Source: a virus
Lineage: Duplodnaviria > Caudoviricetes
Reading direction: 5' to 3' (one strand)
DNA: 64,000 nt
IMG/VR virus record: IMGVR_UViG_3300047160_011027
Span: 1,510 to 65,509 of that record
The translations under genes were made by a program, and so were the position numbers. Positions 62,421 to 64,000 of this stretch are shown one piece after another. Numbering within the stretch: the first letter of the stretch is position 1; each line of letters opens with the position of its first letter. The notes below the pieces were generated by a model. That model saw nothing but the letters and a program-made list of their open reading frames with translations. It did no database searches and was not told where the DNA came from.

Positions 62421-62735
62421 ATGGCGGTGATCGACGCCGATATCCCGGTGGGCAGGCTTTTTACGCCCGCGCAGACGCTGACGAATGTCGTCATCCGCGC
62501 GCGCGGCGGACAAGTTGAGGTGCTTCGCCCCCGGACGCTCGAGGTGCTCGTGGAGATCGAGGCCGCCGAGTTCACGTTCGTCTGCGCCGGGCCGGAGTGC
62601 GATGACGCCTCGGTGCTCCGGCGCTATCAGATTGTCGCCACGGACGGGACGAGGTTCCTGGCCGAGGGCGTCGTCGGCTGCGGCTGCGGCGGGGTGCAAG
62701 TCGGCGATGCGCTCGCCGAACGCCTGGCATGGTGA
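62421..62735 (+). CDS. Hypothetical protein
   Basis: 104-aa ORF, overlapped by next start. Confidence 0.55.
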   Translation: MAVIDADIPVGRLFTPAQTLTNVVIRARGGQVEVLRPRTLEVLVEIEAAEFTFVCAGPECDDASVLRRYQIVATDGTRFLAEGVVGCGCGGVQVGDALAERLAW

Positions 62736-63469
62736 GCCGCTCCTGTGAACTCTTCTTCTGCGTACCGTGCATCGAGGGCCCGGGCGCAGTGCCGGCGCAC
62801 GCCTTCTGGGATGTCGGCGAGGATCTCCTGGTGGTGGATCACACCCCGACGCTCGAATGGGCGCAGCTCGCCGCCGAACGCGGCTGGCGCTACGTCCCCG
62901 TGGCGCTCAATCTCGGGACGAACGGGGCGTGGAACATCGGGCGCGGATTACTACTCGCCGAGCGACGCCCGCAGGATCTCATCTCGTTTCTGTCCTGCTC
63001 GTGCATTCTCCCCATGGGTCTCGCCGAGGTGCGCTACGCGCTCATCCGGAACGCCTCGTGGAAAGGCGTACAGGCCGAGGGCTATGGCTGGCATCTCATG
63101 ACGCTCTCCGGCGCGCTCTTGGCCGAGCTCGGGACGTTCGACGAGAATCTCCCGCATTTCTGGGGCGATAACGATTACGTCTACCGCGGCATCCTGGCCG
63201 GTCACTTTCTCGCTGGCCCCGACAGTTTCCCCTGCGTCCCGTTGGATGCCGAAGCACCGCGTTCGGGCAAGGCGCTGCGTTCGGGCCGGCTACTGCCGAT
63301 CAACTGGGAGCAGCTTGCCGCCTATTACCGCGCCAAGTGGGGCGGGAACACCGCCGAGGAGATCTACCGAACGCCGTTCGATCTGCCGGTCGCCACGGAC
63401 TGGTGGTCGCCGGCCTTTCGGCCCATGATCGGAGAGAACGGCGAGAGACTCGGAACGCTGCCATGGTGA
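62729..63469 (+). CDS. GT2-like glycosyltransferase (actinophage type)
   Basis: LVVDH, NLGTNGAWNIG, GTFDENL..FWGDNDYVYR, YY.AKWGG...E.Y.TPF. Confidence 0.7.
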   Translation: MVSRSCELFFCVPCIEGPGAVPAHAFWDVGEDLLVVDHTPTLEWAQLAAERGWRYVPVALNLGTNGAWNIGRGLLLAERRPQDLISFLSCSCILPMGLAEVRYALIRNASWKGVQAEGYGWHLMTLSGALLAELGTFDENLPHFWGDNDYVYRGILAGHFLAGPDSFPCVPLDAEAPRSGKALRSGRLLPINWEQLAAYYRAKWGGNTAEEIYRTPFDLPVATDWWSPAFRPMIGENGERLGTLPW

Positions 63470-63777
63470 ACGGCCCGACAGCTCCCGGCCCGATGCCGCA
63501 GGGCGCGCAACCGCAGCCGCAGATCCCCGTACTTGCGGGCCTGCCGGTGCTGACTGGCCCGACGCCGTGGGCGGCAGACTTCGATCAGATCGGCACAAAC
63601 GATCAGGGCCAGAAGGTGTTCGTACTGCGCCTGCGGAACGGCGGCGGCCAGATTGAATGTTGGGGCACGCCGGAGAACTTCAAGCCGCTCGGTGAAGCGA
63701 TCTTGCAGCGGACGACTGGCATCGAGATCGCGCGTGAGGTGCCGCCAAACGGATTAGGAGGGCCGCGTGGCAGTTAA
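63463..63777 (+). CDS. Pro-rich hypothetical protein
   Basis: ATG overlapping upstream end. Confidence 0.5.
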   Translation: MVNGPTAPGPMPQGAQPQPQIPVLAGLPVLTGPTPWAADFDQIGTNDQGQKVFVLRLRNGGGQIECWGTPENFKPLGEAILQRTTGIEIAREVPPNGLGGPRGS

Positions 63778-64000
63778 TCAAGAACTACGCGAATACGTGA
63801 CGCGCACCGGGTTCGATCTTCGGCTGTCCAAAACGCAGATACAAGCGCTGGTGTGGCTCGACGCGATGGCGAACCATCCCGCGAATAACAGAACGGACCA
63901 TCGCGAACCGCATCCCATCACCGGAAGCGGGAAGTGGTTCGTGGTCGCAGGCGACGCACTACAACGCAAGGGACTGGCCTGGCATCGTCACTTCCGGGAC
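63767..64000 (+). CDS. Hypothetical protein (5' part, runs off window)
   Basis: AGGAGG SD, GTG start, N..LREYVT..GF.L.L open to window end. Confidence 0.55.
   Translation, partial: MAVNQELREYVTRTGFDLRLSKTQIQALVWLDAMANHPANNRTDHREPHPITGSGKWFVVAGDALQRKGLAWHRHFRD

Larger units (their letters stand above)
1..64000. mobile_element. Tailed dsDNA bacteriophage (siphovirus morphotype, probable Actinomycetota host), near-complete permuted genome
   Basis: Terminase, portal, protease, capsid, tail tube, tape measure, Dit, holin/endolysin and replication genes; no host housekeeping genes or integrase seen. Confidence 0.95.

Noticed and set aside
1-64000. tRNA, tmRNA, rRNA, CRISPR array, integrase/att site, diversity-generating retroelement
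   Set aside because: No cloverleaf, repeat-spacer array, recombinase or reverse-transcriptase motifs recognised by eye; a tRNAscan/Infernal run would be needed to exclude RNAs fully.
63767-64000. Direct overlap between window end and start (circular closure)
   Set aside because: No shared sequence between the two ends; a gap of unknown size remains.

Overview
The whole window is a GC-rich (roughly two-thirds by eye) tailed siphovirus-type bacteriophage of actinobacterial type, apparently a nearly complete genome opened inside the late operon. No integrase, host genes, tRNA, rRNA or CRISPR array were recognised. Layout: (i) 1-9.1 kb plus 62.7-63.5 kb: a glycan-synthesis/tailoring cluster (about six glycosyltransferase-like genes, two FkbM-type and one class I methyltransferase, one radical SAM enzyme) that would lie between terminase and portal if the genome is circularly permuted; (ii) 11.2-36 kb: head and tail morphogenesis resembling mycobacteriophage cluster B / Streptomyces phage modules (portal-MuF fusion, multidomain prohead protease, two capsid-type genes, tail tube, adaptor, beta-helix tailspike, frameshifted tail chaperone, 1207-aa tape measure, Dit, LamG/CBM tail hub); (iii) 36-38.1 kb lysis cassette; (iv) 38.1-50 kb recombination, replication and a stack of DNA-modification genes (ERF, N6A/C5/N4C methylases, XF1762 GNAT, ParB, ABC-ATPase-GNAT) plus an Rpf-like lipoprotein; (v) 50-59 kb two divergent early operons driven by mirror-image operator-containing promoters and carrying an amidoligase and a class II glutamine amidotransferase; (vi) 59.3-61.7 kb terminase. 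The most notable items are the elaborate candidate virion-glycosylation system, the mirrored early promoter/operator switch, an array of leaderless promoters in the late region and a probable second -1 frameshift in a lysis-cassette gene. All product calls come from motif recognition by eye; no database searches were run.
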